DNA of 64,000 bases from positions 1,972,927 through 2,036,926 of the forward strand of contig MU053513.1 of the NCBI GenBank assembly GCA_013239625.1, given 5' to 3'. The number at the start of each line of letters is the position of its first letter. Position 1 is the stretch's first letter. Shown in pieces: positions 50,673-64,000 of this stretch. The position numbers and the translations under genes are program-made. This DNA comes from Lama guanicoe (Eukaryota). The notes under the pieces were generated by a model. The model was not told where the DNA came from and searched no databases. It was given only the letters and a program-made list of their open reading frames with translations.

Positions 50673-51413
50673 CCCCTTAATCACCCCAAACCCACTGGCT
50701 TTACTTTCTTGGGTTCCACTGGAATGGCTCTCACCAAAGTCACCAATAGCTCTTTGGTTGTTAAACCCAACACTTTTCATTACGTTCGGTTTAAACTTTC
50801 CCAGATGGAAACTCTCCTCCCTTGCCTTCTATGACACCATTTCCTCCTTCGGCTCTGGCACGGGTGCTTCTAAGCCTCTAGATCTCAGCCTTCCTCTAGT
50901 GTCCCTTTTCCCAAGCTTGCTGGGTGACCTCATCTACCACTGACATCCTCAATTCCACATCTCTGTCTGCAGCCAGAACTTATATGGTGGGTACTGGATC
51001 TCAAAAACCTCTTGTTTAGTGAACATTACTTCTGGATGTCCCATCAGCCTCTCAATCTTGAAATGTTTAAAGCTGAACTCTTTATGGTCCCCCAAACCAT
51101 TTCTTCCCCACGTTCCTTATCCCCTGGAAGGACTCCTCTGTTCGCCTGGTTGTCTGAGTCATGCTGATTCGTCTCATTCACCTGTACACATGATGGATCT
51201 TTAAATCCTGTTGATTAATGCCCTACAAGCTCTTGGATCTGTTTCTTCTTTTCCCTTTCACTGCCTCCTTGCTCCTCACCTGTCTGGCCAACCAGACAAC
51301 CTCTCCACGGGCCTTCCCACCAAGGCCTGGCCTCCCTCTCACCGCTGCCACAGGCTGTCTCTGAAATCTGATTCTGATGACCCTTTACTGATAAAGCCTT
51401 GGTGGCTCCTCAC

Positions 51414-51471
51414 GGCTCTAGGACTAGGCTCCTGTTTCCTAAGGCTCCAGGACTAGGCTCCTGTTTCCTAG
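51414..51471. repeat. 29-bp tandem duplication
   Basis: ggctctaggactaggctcctgtttcctaa / ggctccaggactaggctcctgtttcctag. Confidence 0.9.
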
Positions 51472-54059
51472 CCTGGGGTTTACAGCCGTTCATGCTCCGG
51501 CCTTTGTCTCGTCCCCAGCTCTGCCCTCACCACCTCCCACCCCCTCATCTCCGAGCCTTTCTCTGGCACTTTTGTTCCCTCTCCCTGCTGTGGGCCTACC
51601 CCAATTTTCTTCCCGCTTGCACTTGGCCAATTCCTTTTCTTCAGGACTCAGCCCTGACTTCCCCTCTTCACCCCACATCCCCACTTCATCTTTCTCTCCA
51701 TCCCATGCTTCTGCTGTTGCGTGTACCAAGCTGTACTATTTCTTTGCTCCGTCCCTACAACGTGAGCTCCTTGAGGCTAGGAAGCCGTATCTTTCATGTT
51801 TGTAGGCTTATTAACTCTATCACTTATATCTCACATAGTAGAAGCTCAAAAAACATAAACGTATCAAGTGAATTAATGAAAGTCACTCAAAGGAATATAT
51901 ACGTAATGGAAGAATTTACCATAACAGCAAGGGAAGATATTTATCATTAGGGAGTTTAAACAGCCCCCTTAAAGCCTATACATCCTTTAGCCTAGGCTAT
52001 TTCCCCGCCACCTGCACACTCAGCCATCGTTTGAGATCAAGCTGTAGTCAAGGCACTCCATCCAACCCACGAAGAAAGCCTCGGAAGCACCAGGTCCCCC
52101 CCAGATCTGCCCAGCACCGCATTGTCACACGTTTCCTCATTGTCGCCCTTGGCCCTCTGAGATAGTTTTGGTAATGCTCACAAAAAGCACCCACACTATG
52201 TCTTCTCAGTAAAAGATGCAATGTATATTCTGAAATCAGTGTGCTTTGGGAAGGGGTTCAGCAACGGTTCAGATGCTTTATAGATTCAAATTGTTTCCTT
52301 TTTTGAAGTTAAAATGGAATATCACATAATTGGGAGAAACATGGCTGGGGCACTCAGAGGTCACTGACATTCATTTGATGTCTTATTATTTCGTCGTTGT
52401 TTTCAGACATCAATAGGTAGATATAGAGGAACAAAGTAACGCAGAAAATTGAGGTACTTATTCAAATGATGATGGCAAACTCTTCCCTCCCCTACAGTAC
52501 TCTTAAAACCTCACCTACATTTTGGCCTCCGTAGTAGTATTTACATACACTTCTAGAGCATGGGCTTCGAAGTCTGAGAAACTTGGTCTGAGTCCTAATT
52601 GTCTCTTACTAACTGTGCGACCTTGGGAAAGTTATTTAACCTTTCTGAGCCTCCATTTCTTCATCTGTAAAATGGGGAAGAAGGTAAGTACTGATGATTA
52701 GTGTTAGGATTAAATAAGAGAACAAACACAAAGAAAACACAATATCTGGGACAGAGTAAGTCACCAGTATATGTTGGTTTTAATATTGTTTTGAGGTAAA
52801 TAAAATAAATATTTTTGAGGCGGAGGATGTGGACTTTGGCTTATTAAATTGCTTCCACATTTCATTTCCTTGAGGCTATGTCTCTGTTGTACATGCTTCC
52901 AATGAAGAGAACAGTTTGCAATATGTCAATTCATTGGCTACTCAAACTTGGGGTAACAGAGAATAAACATTATTTTGCCATTTTAAAAGAAATTCAGAGA
53001 AGCTAAGGGACTGGCCCAAGGGCGCACAGAGCTTGGACACAAACCCATGATTTTGAGTGTTCTCTCATCACCAATGTTGGGTCCTTCTAGTGCCCCTGAT
53101 CATTCTTTGTGGGTCTTGGAACAAGAAAAAGAGGCTTTCACTGAGTCAGGCTTGGAGCTGTGGCCCTACCTGGGTGAACAGGCTGAGTACCTAAAACTTC
53201 ACCGCATGACTCCATTGACGAGTTAATGGTGTTTCCAAAAAGATGCCAACAAACGGGAAGGGAGACAATGAGCGTGAGGCTGTGAGGTCTCCTTTTTACC
53301 TGGTAAAACTCACTCACTTGTGCTCTTTTCTTTTTAGTAGCAGTTTGCCCTTTCTGGATAACTCAATTAACTCAGCAACATTCTCTCCTTTGAGAAAATA
53401 ATTTTAAAGACACGGAGGAGGGGAACCACTTCTGTCCTGTGATGCAGTGTTCCAAGGACTGTTTAATGTCTTTTTTTGAACCTCACAGTTCTTTAAGCAT
53501 AGTGTGCCCTTGATAAAGGTTTATTAATTTGGTCTGTTTAATAATGAAACTGTTTTGTTCCAGTCAAACAATACTTACAGATTTCTGCAGTGAAAAAGTT
53601 CAGGTAATTACATGGGCTCATTGTCAGCACACAATGCCTGCATTTCTCCAACGTTAGAAAGATGTCCTGTGAGTTTGTAAACGCATTTGAGATTGTCTCT
53701 CTCCCATCCCCAATGGTCTGGACTTTGGACACACAGGTGAGCTCACTAGCCTTGATACACACAGGTGTGTGAGGACTTTGTACCCACACAGGGTGAGTGT
53801 CAAAGGGGCCCTTGGTAACCGCACCCCTTCAGGGCGGAAAGAGCTGTGGCGGTCCTGCGGCTGTGTCACGAGCAGGGTGACGTGTCACAGTCAGGGCAGG
53901 CCACGGGCTTTGGAGGCAGGTGGAAGCATTTCTCCACGTGAACCCAGCCTCGCTCATGAGCTGCCAGTTTTCTTTTTATAGTGGAAACTCTGTCAAGTCT
54001 AGTTTGGGTTTTCTTAGTTTAATCCAATGACTTCTGATAAACCTGATAGTCCAGTTTCT

Positions 54060-54400
54060 GCGTCCCCTCCCTCAATTCCTGTGTCAAATCCTAAAGCCCA
54101 ACGTGATGGTGCCAGGAGGTGGGGCCTTTAGGAGATGCTGAGGCCATGAGGGTGCAGCCCTCAGGAAGGGGACTAGTGCCCTGGGAAAAGAGGCCCCAGA
54201 GAACTCCCTCTCTCTTTCCACCACGTGGAGACATGGTGAAAAGACAGCTGTATAGGAACCAAGAGGTGGGTTCTTGCCAGTCGCTGAATCTGCTGGTGCT
54301 TTGACCTCAGACTTCTTGTCTCCAGAACAGTGAGAAGTTAGTGCCTGCTGTTTACAAACCACTCAGTCTGCGGTATTTGGTTACAGCAGCCTGAGCGGAC
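54060..54400 (+). mobile_element. MLT1A/B-like MaLR LTR
   Basis: ggaggtggggcctttaggag...ccatgagggtgcagccctc...ctccagaacagtgaga...gttacagcagcctgagcggac. Confidence 0.8.
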
Positions 54401-54864
54401 CTCAAAGTTCAGCCCCAGGTCAGGGCTGCTCTGGCAGTTGGATTGCTTCACCACCCTTCCCCCAGCCCTGGTTCTCCCTGGTGCTGTGGGCCCCCCGAGG
54501 TGTGCCCCCTCCACCTTCCACCAGCCCCAGCTTTGGAGTCTCCTGCTGGTCCGCTGACGCATTCCTCTTTGCCAGTTCCCACAAGCACCCAGACTTTCCT
54601 TTAAGGCATCCCTTCACCCCTGGGTACCAAGAAACATTCAGGACTTCTCCAGGCCCACAGGAGCCCAGAGAAACAGGGGCTTTCAGTAGACGCACTTGCT
54701 TTTCCCTGACCGCTTCCTCACATTTGTGAGGTTATTCGCGTTGGAAAGGACAAGTGAAAGCGAAGCATAAGGGACTGTTTCCCTCCAAGATCCCCCAAAT
54801 GCTAAGTCTGGCATTTCATAATACTTGCTCAACAAATTCCCCACTCCCAAATCCAATTAACCCC

Positions 54865-55430
54865 AGGGTGATGGTTCTCAAAGTGTGGCCCAGAGACGCT
54901 GGTCCCCTATTTTCATTACCACGCTGAGAGGTTATTAGCTTTTCACTGATGGTGCAAAAGCCATGGCTGTAAACTGTGATGGCAAATCATAGCCAGTTAT
55001 TCCCGTCATGGATTCTTTACCACCATGAATCCACAGGTTAAAAAAAAAAAAGAATGAACCATGTCAGTGTTACTTAAGAATGCTCTTGCCGAAGCGATGA
55101 AAGAGGTTAACTTAATTTTAACCTTTAAGCACACATCATTGAAACACTCGTGTGACAAAATAGAAAGACGCACAAGGCACTTAGCACACTCGCGTACGCT
55201 GCACGGTCTTCTCAAGCCAGAGCGCTGTGTGATTGTCTGAGTTGCTTAACTAGTTGTTTTATTAGTTGAACGCCGTTTTTACCTTCTGAAAGACCGAATA
55301 ACAGATAAACTGTGGTTTTCCGGATTTGAGTATCTGGCAGACACTTTCTTGAAAAGAAATAAAGTAAGCCTGTCACTTCAAGGAAACCAACTAGCATCAT
55401 CTGCTGCTAAAGACACAATCCAAGCCTTCG
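54865..55430. mobile_element. hAT-Charlie (Charlie1-like) DNA transposon fragment
   Basis: gatggtgcaaaagccatgg, cttaagaatgctcttgccgaagc, acagataaactgtggttttccggatttgagtatctggcagacactttcttgaaa. Confidence 0.65.
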
Positions 55431-56136
55431 AGCCCCGGACCCATCACTCACTAGCAAACTCTTTAACTCTCTGAGGTCTTATTTGAAAAGTAAGACGGCG
55501 ATAGTATGCCACAGAGAGGATACAAGCATTAAATAAGGTAACATCACAAGGCGTTTTATACGACGCCTGGTGTGCGCTGTGCTCAATAAACATTGGTTTC
55601 TATTATTGCTCCATCAAGTGAAAACAGATTTGCTTTTCATTTGTAATTTGACCAAATACGTGAGTCAGTTCCACCCAAAATGTTCAACCTGATCTCCAAG
55701 GAAATACTCTCTAAAAATTAGATTTATTCATAGTTCTTTAGTAACAGGGCAACTATGAAATGACAACAGGGCTCTGGTGAAATAATGACAGGCGTTGAGA
55801 TACTGGGTTTTAAGCAAAAATTCTCATTTCTCTAGTCTTCCTCCAGGAAATAAATAGGACTAGTTGTGCAGTGGTTAAAAAATGCACAAAACAACACAGA
55901 CTATTTTACGAGTACCTCCCAAAGCCTGCTCCCTAAACGCAGCTTATCAGCACCAACACCAGGGCACACAAGGCCACCTGTGTCCCTGCGCTAATGAGAG
56001 CGACAGCCCTTGAATGATGTCGTCATCATGATGCCGTTAGCACCACACCTCACCCGTAAAGGGAGATTTTCCAAACTGAAGCACTTCTACTAGGGCCTTG
56101 GATAAGAATTAATGGGAATTCAGGCTCTGTTAACAT

Positions 56137-56672
56137 TGTGGGTGCAGCGCCAACTGGTACCTGCCGAGGCCCTGAGGCCCCAAACTTCCAGTCCTTGGGC
56201 GTCTGCCTGCCTGCCTCTCTTTGGAAGATAAACTCCTGATGGGTATTAGCCTTAGAAAAGTTAGCAGCCCTGGGAAATGGCTAACTTTACCGCAGCTCAG
56301 GCGGGCTTGTCACAGCCTGCTTTCCTCCTTATTGGAGCTGTAAATCCCACTGCCTTGCTTGTGCGAGCGCATGTCTCCATCTTACTGGAGTGGTAGTCAA
56401 GTCCACTATCCTCCGTACACCAAAGCCCCTTACCTCACTTACAGCCAATCAGAGGGCTGCCCCACCCCACCCCTCTGTGTTTTCCAGCCCCTTCCCCAGC
56501 AGAACATCCTGCACGTCCACACTGGGTGGGCACGCAGGCACCTCTTGCCTGTGTGGCCTGCTGTTGCCTGTAGCGGCATAACTATTAAACTTTCCCTTTG
56601 TTCTTAAACTTCTCTTGGTTTCTGGTAAATTCTTTTTACCACCCGCAACACCGGCCTGCCACGTGTCCCCCA
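56137..56672 (+). mobile_element. Solo ERV1-type LTR (~536 bp; MER34/MER39-like 3' end)
   Basis: TGTGGG...TCCCCCA termini, 4-bp TSD acat/acgt (differing by one CpG transition), CCAAT box near 56445, ATTAAA at 56584, ggtaaattctttttacc motif. Confidence 0.7.
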
Positions 56673-58113
56673 ACGTTGGGGATAGTCAGGCCACGAACAG
56701 CAGAGAAGGGAAAAAGAAACCAAAATAGATTGGATAATAGCAAGATCATGATCAAAAGATTTAAAAGAAGAAAGAAGGAAGGAGATGTGCCAGAAAAGGT
56801 GAAACACTGTAGGAGCCTGTTAGTGGGCTGTAATGAGGCTCTTTAAGATATTTTTACCTTTTCCAAATAATTTTCTGTTTTCAGCAACGATTGAGTCCCA
56901 ATCTTATACATCAGTCCAGTTCTTAGATCTTGTTTGTGAACAATTACAGAGCCTTTTTCAGTCCTTTTGATCACCAAGCCCTCTCCTGTGAGACCCTTTC
57001 TCTGTCCTTTGGAAGGCATTTCTCTATAGACAGCTAGTGAGCTGCCTTCTTCATGAATGAAGAAGTAATAACAGTCACACGACATTCAGAAAGCTACCTA
57101 GGGCCAGCCTTGTCACTTTCCCCTTTGGTCCAGATGATTCATTTTCCTGGAATGTATTTTCCCACTCAGACGGCAGACAGTGCTATTACTTGCCCTCACT
57201 TAAAACCATATTGTAAATGAGCAAGAAATACCACCAGCTGGGGGTGGGCAGAAGCTGTTGCTGCTTGCTCTCGGGGAGAAGGCGGCAGGCACGTGGGGTA
57301 AGAAGCATCTGGTCAGGCTCATAATCAACCCGACAACCATCCTGCCAGAAGCAGCCACAGCAGCGGCAGCCTGCCTGTCAGCTCCAGTCCAGGAGTTCCG
57401 ACTGCTATTCCAGTTGTTATGGAAACTGACCACACTGCTTCCCAAAGAATTCATTATTCCAACAAATAATTGTTGTTCTAGTCATTACGGGGTATCTTTG
57501 TGAGAGATGCAGACACAGGGATGGAGGAGCGCAGAGGAGGAAGGCTAGAGATTAGAGAGACCTCACAGAGAGCTAGAGCTGGACCCTGACCGTGGGACAT
57601 GATTAGCTAGCGGAGAAGACATTTCAGGTGAGAGGACTGGCAAGTGCCAGGAGAGTTCAAGAGAGAAAAACAGTGCAGGTGGAGTTGAGGCTGAAGACGC
57701 ACGTGGGGGTGTGGTGGAAAGGGGGAAGACACACTGAAGCCAGGACCGAGAGAGCTCTGAAGGCCAGTCAAAGGACTTTGGAGCTGTCAGTGGACAAAAG
57801 GGAACCAGGATACTTTAAAACAGGGAAAGAATGCTTTCGGAATATTAATTTTCTCTTAAGAATAACAGCGAGGATGTCAACCTAGCTTCTGGCTATACTA
57901 CAACCGTACTTGGTAGCTATTAAGACAATAATTTGCAAAGTGAAAAATTTAGCTGTCTTCTCATACAGACAAAACCACACTTCTTTGAAATCAACTGACT
58001 GTTGAAGCTCATCAAAACTGTTAGGGGTGTGTCTCTGACATCACGAGTATTTTTATGAGCTTCAAATTGACCTGCAACAATACAGCCTCAAAATATCAGC
58101 TGCCAAGAAAGTA

Positions 58114-58343
58114 CAGCTGACCCTTGAGTAACATGGGGGTGGTTGTGCTAACCCTCCCTGCAAAGGAAAACCTGCAAATGACTTATAGTCAGCTCTCCAG
58201 ATACTCAGTTCATGTGTAGCCATGATTCCGCATCTGGGGATTGACCAATCAGACAGTGCGGTACTGTCGTAATTACTGTTGGAAAAATCCACGTTATCAG
58301 TGGACCCGCGCAGTTCAAACCCATGTTGTTCAAGGCTTGACTG
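58114..58343. mobile_element. MER8-like Tigger (TcMar) MITE
   Basis: Terminal inverted repeats cagctgacccttgagtaacatgg / ccatgttgttcaaggcttgactg; TA on the left flank. Confidence 0.8.
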
Positions 58344-60620
58344 TTTATGACTAAAGCCTTAATTTTCAAGCAGAATCCAACAAATAGCCTGAAGAAGAAA
58401 AATCATTTTTCCCCTTGTTGCAGAGTCTTTGTGCCTTCTACTGCCCACACAGTAAGCTGAAATCTTTTTTACTACAATAGTGACTGACCAACAAGTTGAA
58501 ATACAGGAGAGTTTGGCTGATAGAAGAAGAACCTTTACTCAGAGCAGCAGTGCTTAGTGGGGTCTGCGGACCCTTGCAGGGGCGGGTCTTACGGTTTGTG
58601 TGATGTCAAAGATTTCATACTGTGCTAGCTCACCTTCTGAAGGGCACAGGACTTAGTAACGGTGAGCCGAGATCTCTGGAGAGGTCTGGCTGGATGGCAG
58701 CAGTTTTTGAAAATACACTTCAAAATTCGACTACGAGTAAATCTGAAATGACATTTTTGCTAGAGACAATAACAACCATCACAAAACATGCTGTACTGTT
58801 TTCAAAGGCTTTTCTTGGGGGGGGGGACTACACTATTAAAAACACAGATTTTTAAGTGATAATAAAGGTCCGTTCTTTGGATTCCTGAACTTCCTATTCT
58901 AAAGAGTCTCCTTGTCCCGAATTTGGCCCCTAAGATAAAAGCTGGACAGAAAGTGTGATTTATTGTGTTCGTAACTTATCTAGATGCCAAGATAACTGAC
59001 TGCAGTCTGTGTGGGAAGGGGAACTTTCTTTGAAGTTATGATGATGAGTTTCTCTTGAGTAAAGAGTGGTCATAATGACTTCTACTTTCTGAAAGAACGT
59101 AAAACAGAAGTGTGGCTGTAGTCTCTCCAGTTCCCAAGGCTAAGGTCAGCTAGAGACGAGCGGCTCAGAAGTGGATCTCAGGCTGCCCTCCAGAATTCTC
59201 GCTGCCTAAGACGCGCTGTTCCCTTCGGCTGGAATTCGCCCTCCTCTCACCTCCCACTAACCCTTCAGTCACCCATCCCTTCCTGTAGCTCCCTGCTTAA
59301 ACATCACTTCCACAGGCTTCCCTGAGCACCCGTTTTCACCCTGAACACTCCACCCAGGTGTTCTCTGTTTCAGCTCTCTGTTTCCTTCCTAAGGCTTTTC
59401 ATTTGATTCGTTCTCCTTTCCCTCTAAGATGAAAGCTCCGTGATCCCTGCTCATGGCCCAGCATGGGTCCAATACTCAGTCAGTATTTGGGGGATGACTG
59501 AGTGTGGGAGGCGGTCTACGGTGGCAGCCCACATGACTCGGGGGTGAGTGGGGAGAGTCCTGGAGTGGGGACTCACAGCCCTGGACCCTGGTCTCCTCTC
59601 TGCTAGTTGTCTGAACGACCTTGATCGAACCCCCTAAATTCTCTGCAACTCAGTTCCCTCATCTGTCAAAGAGGGAGATTTACTGAGAGATCTCCAAGCA
59701 AGCATCCTGCCTTCAGGGTGTGAGATTCTAGCTATATCTGATTACAATTCTCGTCTGCTGATAACCATTCTTTTTCAGATTCATTGAGGAGGTGTGGACT
59801 TTTCCATTATTTCTATATATAAATAGATTTCTGAAAAATGTACAGGCAGCCGTATTAACTTTTCCATAGACTTGAATGATTAGAGGGAAAAGCGCTAAGT
59901 TTTGGGAGGTGCTCTGACAATATTTTGTCCTAATCTGTAATTCTAACTGCTGTACAACTAGTCCCGTTTATTCCCACAAGGAAAACTAGAACTTTGGCTC
60001 TCAAACTCATTAGCTCTGCGACCTTGGACGAGGTCCTTAACCTTCCGAGGCTCAGTCTTCCCGTCTGTGTAATAGCCATGTAACAAGGGAAGGACCACCA
60101 ACCTACAGGGTTGGGCAAGGAGGTAACCTGGAATATGACAGGTGTTCAAATGAATTTTGTCCCACAATTCGTTTTCCAATGAGTTTCACCGTCCTAGGGC
60201 ATAAAGCAAATGAGCTTGTTTTTGCTGTTAGCTGTATGGAACGCAGGCTATGGTTTCTGAGGTATATTTGAATATGCGGTCACGGACGTATTTCGGGAGG
60301 AATGGGTCATTGTTCAAACAGAAAAAGTGTTAGATTTTAATAGGCCCCCTTCTACCTGTGAGACTGCAGCGCATTTTGTTTTACAGAGCTGAACGCAGGA
60401 GGAGTTTGACATTCCTCCGAGTCCTACTTTGTGCTGGAAAGATACAAAGCCAAAACTGATATAAAACTGTATCAGTGAACAATCTGGAAGCCTCAGGGGT
60501 GTTATCTTGACTACAAAAGGGGCAAGACTTCAAAACAGGCTGAGAAATGAAAAGTCTTTTTTCTCTACCAAGTTGTTATTATTAGCAATTACGTTAAAAA
60601 ATTTGAGGGCTGTTACTCAC

Positions 60621-60665
60621 CGATTATGAAAATAATTTTACACTTTCTCAAATCTTCTGTGAAAC
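60621..60665 (-). CDS. AK5: Adenylate kinase 5, 45-nt exon
   Basis: taaag|GT TTC ACA GAA...ATA ATC G|gtgagt = (G)FTEDLRKCKIIFII(G); phase 1-1; joins in frame to the P-loop exon. Confidence 0.95.
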
Positions 60666-62718
60666 CTTTAAAATAAGAATAATTTAAGTTATTGGCAAGA
60701 AATATTGTATTGAAATCCTGGTTTTGTAATATATTACATATACTACAGATGTCATACATAATAGACATAGTACAGATGGCATAGAGATCAAACAAAAGTC
60801 ACAAAGGTGGGGAGTGAGGGCTGAATTTTGGGAACAACTGCTTTAGGGCAAAGGAATGATCAGGAGTTTTTGGCAAACTGGACACTCTGTAGAGGATGTG
60901 GAACCCTAAAAGATTTCCAGTTGTCACTCGGTGTAGTAGGTAGCCATGAGGGCTGGGGCGGTCTGTTTATACACACAATGTTACACTTTCGCAGGAATCC
61001 ACTATTGGCTGAGTGAAAGGCCCAACTCTACCAGAGAGAGAAAGAGCGAGAGAGAGAGAACAGGGCATGAAGAAATGAGTTGGGGATAGAACGGGAAGGA
61101 GACAAGGGAGAAAGAGCTGGAAATAAAGGAAAGAAGTGAATTTGAAGGTTTGGAAACATTTGATTTCCACACTAAAGGATGATTTTTAAAATTGTTCTTT
61201 TAAATCAGATGCTTCAATCTCTTTTACAAAGTAGCCCATGGTGACTGAAAAACTCCTATTTTATCTGGAGCTTTCTATTAAGGGCAGCTCCACTGTAGCT
61301 CAACATGCGGGACCAAATGGTCATCTCACGTTCTCTAGACTTCCAGTTTCCTTTTATAAAGCTGAGCAACTTTTACTCTGTTTGTCATCTAGGAAAGTGG
61401 TTGTGGTTATTATTACTATTATTATTATTAGCATGATTGTATTTTACTCCAGTTTTAAAAAATAGTTATTTTAAAATTAATGATGGTACAGTCGTATAAT
61501 GTGGTCACTACAAATTAAGTTTATAGAGAGTTTTTAATGACATGGGAACATACCAATGATAGGCACAGAATATGGGAGATAATATCTGTATATACACATG
61601 TATTCTCAACTATGTAAAAACAGATATATAGACAAATACGCTGGAATCAAATACACCAGAATGTTAAAACCATGATTGTCTAGAGGTTATGAGATTTTAG
61701 ATGGTTCTTATTTTCCACCTTAACAATTTTTTTCACATGAATGCGTGTTAATTTTATAACCAGGAAAAAAGGAAACTTTATTCGACAATCAATCAATCCC
61801 TATCCAGTTGGGACCGAGTTGATTATTTGCACTTGGCTCAGGTTTATGTGCCTTTTCGCTCTGAATCGGCATGATGTCATTTGGTGACCGTGATTTGCAC
61901 ATACTACTATTGCTGTTCTCATAAAATGACACTTTATCTGCCACCTCGTGCTCATGGATCAGTGCAGGATTACAGCTGGGGTTATTCAGAAAGCACATAC
62001 ACTTACTTGTATGTGCTCACAGTTAATATAAACATATTTCCAAGGACCATAATTATAACTGCATTTATTATAGAGTGGAAATGTTAAATGGTACTTTTCC
62101 TGGGGCAATCGTGAACCTTATCTTTTTTAGACAACCTCAAATTCATGTAAGTTTATCTATTTTCAGTTCCATGTGTAGCGAATTATCGTGGATTTTAAAG
62201 TTTGGACAAGACTTAAAATGACAAAACTATAAAGCAGTATAATTTGGATGTTTCTTATGTTGCATCCCAATGGCTCACTGCAGAATAGTAACCACTACGC
62301 AGGAAAAAAGACTTCTAGGTTCCAATAAATGTGAAGAATGTTGAATCACAGTTAGTCAGCTCTCTTTACCGCAGGACATGTGGGAGCCCTGCTGTGCGAA
62401 TATACATGTGAATCTTCCAAAGGGGATTGAGTGTTGTGTTTTCCAAACGTATTTCCCACAGTATTCTGTCTTCACTGAGCATCTTGGGGGTCATGTTCTC
62501 TGGGCAGTGAGGAAGTGCATCTCTTAGTAAGGCATCTCTTTGGTTCTTTACGTGGACCAAGAGGGGAGAGAGCCAAAGAGCCCGTCTTATTCATGTTCCC
62601 TGACTAAGGGAAAAGTACATACTGTTGGTAGTTTATCTCTTAGTTGGTGTTTAATAAAATAGACAAGCTCAGAGCTACTAAAATGACAACTCTGGTCTGA
62701 TCAGTAAAGGAAACTCAC

Positions 62719-62761
62719 CTCCCATGGTGTCCTCTCCAAATACATTTAACTGGTCATCACC
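62719..62761 (-). CDS. AK5: Adenylate kinase 5, 43-nt linker exon
   Basis: acag|GGT GAT GAC CAG TTA AAT GTA TTT GGA GAG GAC ACC ATG GGA G|gtgagt = GDDQLNVFGEDTMG(G); phase 0-1; absent from the ORF track. Confidence 0.93.
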
Positions 62762-64000
62762 CTGTTTATAGAAAAATCAAACTATTAGATGATAACGCCA
62801 ACAGGTATTGCACTCAACTTCTTGCCAACATTAACATACTTAACCTTCCAAACAACTCTGTGTAGGAGGCACCATTATTACCCACCTTTTACGGATGAAA
62901 ACCATGCTGAGTTTGAGAAGCTAGTTGCCTAAGGTCACATAGTAGTGAGGGACAAAGCCCAGATTTAAACCTGGGCTGTCTGTCCCCGGAGTTCATGCTC
63001 TTTGCAACTTGTGCAATATCCTGCCTTTTTTTCTGGCCGCGGAACTATCTGTGGTCAGAAAAGCTGATTTAAAGAAGACAAAACCCTTCAGTACTTGAAG
63101 CTCACTGGTAGGTGTAGTCACAGCTGTTTTACTAACCGCTCCATGATTTGGCATACTTTCTGTAAAGGGCCAGAGGGTGAACATTTTCAGCATTGGGAGC
63201 CAGTTGGTCTCCGTTCAACTGTTTAACCACTGGCCATGTTTGCCAACCCCCGAACTACAGCATGAAATAAAGGAAGTCAAAAAGACTAGCTTTGATTGGT
63301 GCCTGTCTTTAAAATTTTCATTTTATTTTTTAATCCAACAGCTGCTCCATTTTCCTTATAGAAAACCATGGTGGTTGGGAAAAAATCCAGAAAGAAATTT
63401 TGCAAAAAGACATTGGTGGGATTTCTCAGGTCATCCATCCCGTTTTCCCTCCCCCTCATCCCTTATGGATAAACACTCATAGAAGGCTTAAAAAAAATCT
63501 TTCCAGATACACAAAAACTGACTTTCAGAAATCTATGGATATACTTGAATATGAATATATAATCTTATCACCTCCATCATGTACACAGAAAGAAACAAAC
63601 TCATACGTGCACATGTGTTTCTAATACACACACTGATCTAGGACGGAGCTGCTCTTCTCTTCGCTTTTTCACTTCTCAGTACATCCTGAAGAGCTCTCCG
63701 TATCAGTACAGATGCTTTTGGTTACACTGTATTCTATTGTATGGAAGGTACCATAGTTCTTATTGTTTATCACTAGTCCTTTATTGATGGACCATTGAGT
63801 TGTTTGCAACCTTGGGAATATTTTTGAAAAAGTGGCAAAATGAGTAAACTTATACAAATGTCATTTCATGTATATCTACCTACAGGATACATTCCCAGAG
63901 AGGGAGCTGTACAGTCAAAGAGTAAATGTATCTATAATTCTGACAGGTTTTTGCCAAACTGCTCTTCTCGCTGGAGATTGTGCTGCTTTGCAGGGGCAGC

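Larger units (their letters stand above)
50380..51880 (+). mobile_element. L2 LINE remnant (ORF2 3' half to 3' end), interrupted by a SINE
   Basis: ggctctcaccaaagtcaccaatagc, ggaaactctcctcccttgccttctatgacac, gagctccttgagg...agtagaagctcaaaaa...gtgaattaatgaa. Confidence 0.7.

Noticed and set aside
51399..51950. 183-aa ORF
   Set aside because: Lies in a CT-rich L2 remnant; Leu/Pro/Ser bias typical of chance frames.

Overview
Mammalian genomic DNA, almost certainly camelid, judged from four Vic-1-type tRNA-Ala-derived SINEs. The window holds the 3' half of adenylate kinase 5 (AK5) on the minus strand. Six coding exons (62719-62761, 60621-60665, 36084-36247, 34007-34123, 22790-22981, 4946-5014), all with canonical AG/GT boundaries, splice in frame to the inter-domain linker and the complete second adenylate kinase domain, followed by a ~1.3 kb 3' UTR ending near 3650. 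The rest is intron or intergenic sequence rich in L1, L2, L3, MIR, MaLR/ERV LTRs and MER DNA transposons. I found no evidence for a new multi-gene system. Apart from ORFs overlapping AK5 exons or L1 ORF2 remnants, the ORF track looks like chance open frames. The best leads are: a highly degenerate non-L1/non-L2 reverse transcriptase fossil (~9.6-10.0 kb), unusual substitutions in AK5 domain 2, a poly(A)-tailed LTR fragment that looks L1-retroposed, a shared branch-point motif at two consecutive exons, and several candidate regulatory elements (CRE/AP-1 cluster, CTCF site, SOX/POU palindrome, 3' UTR RBFOX motifs). Repeat subfamily names and comparisons with human AK5/AK1 are from memory and need database confirmation.
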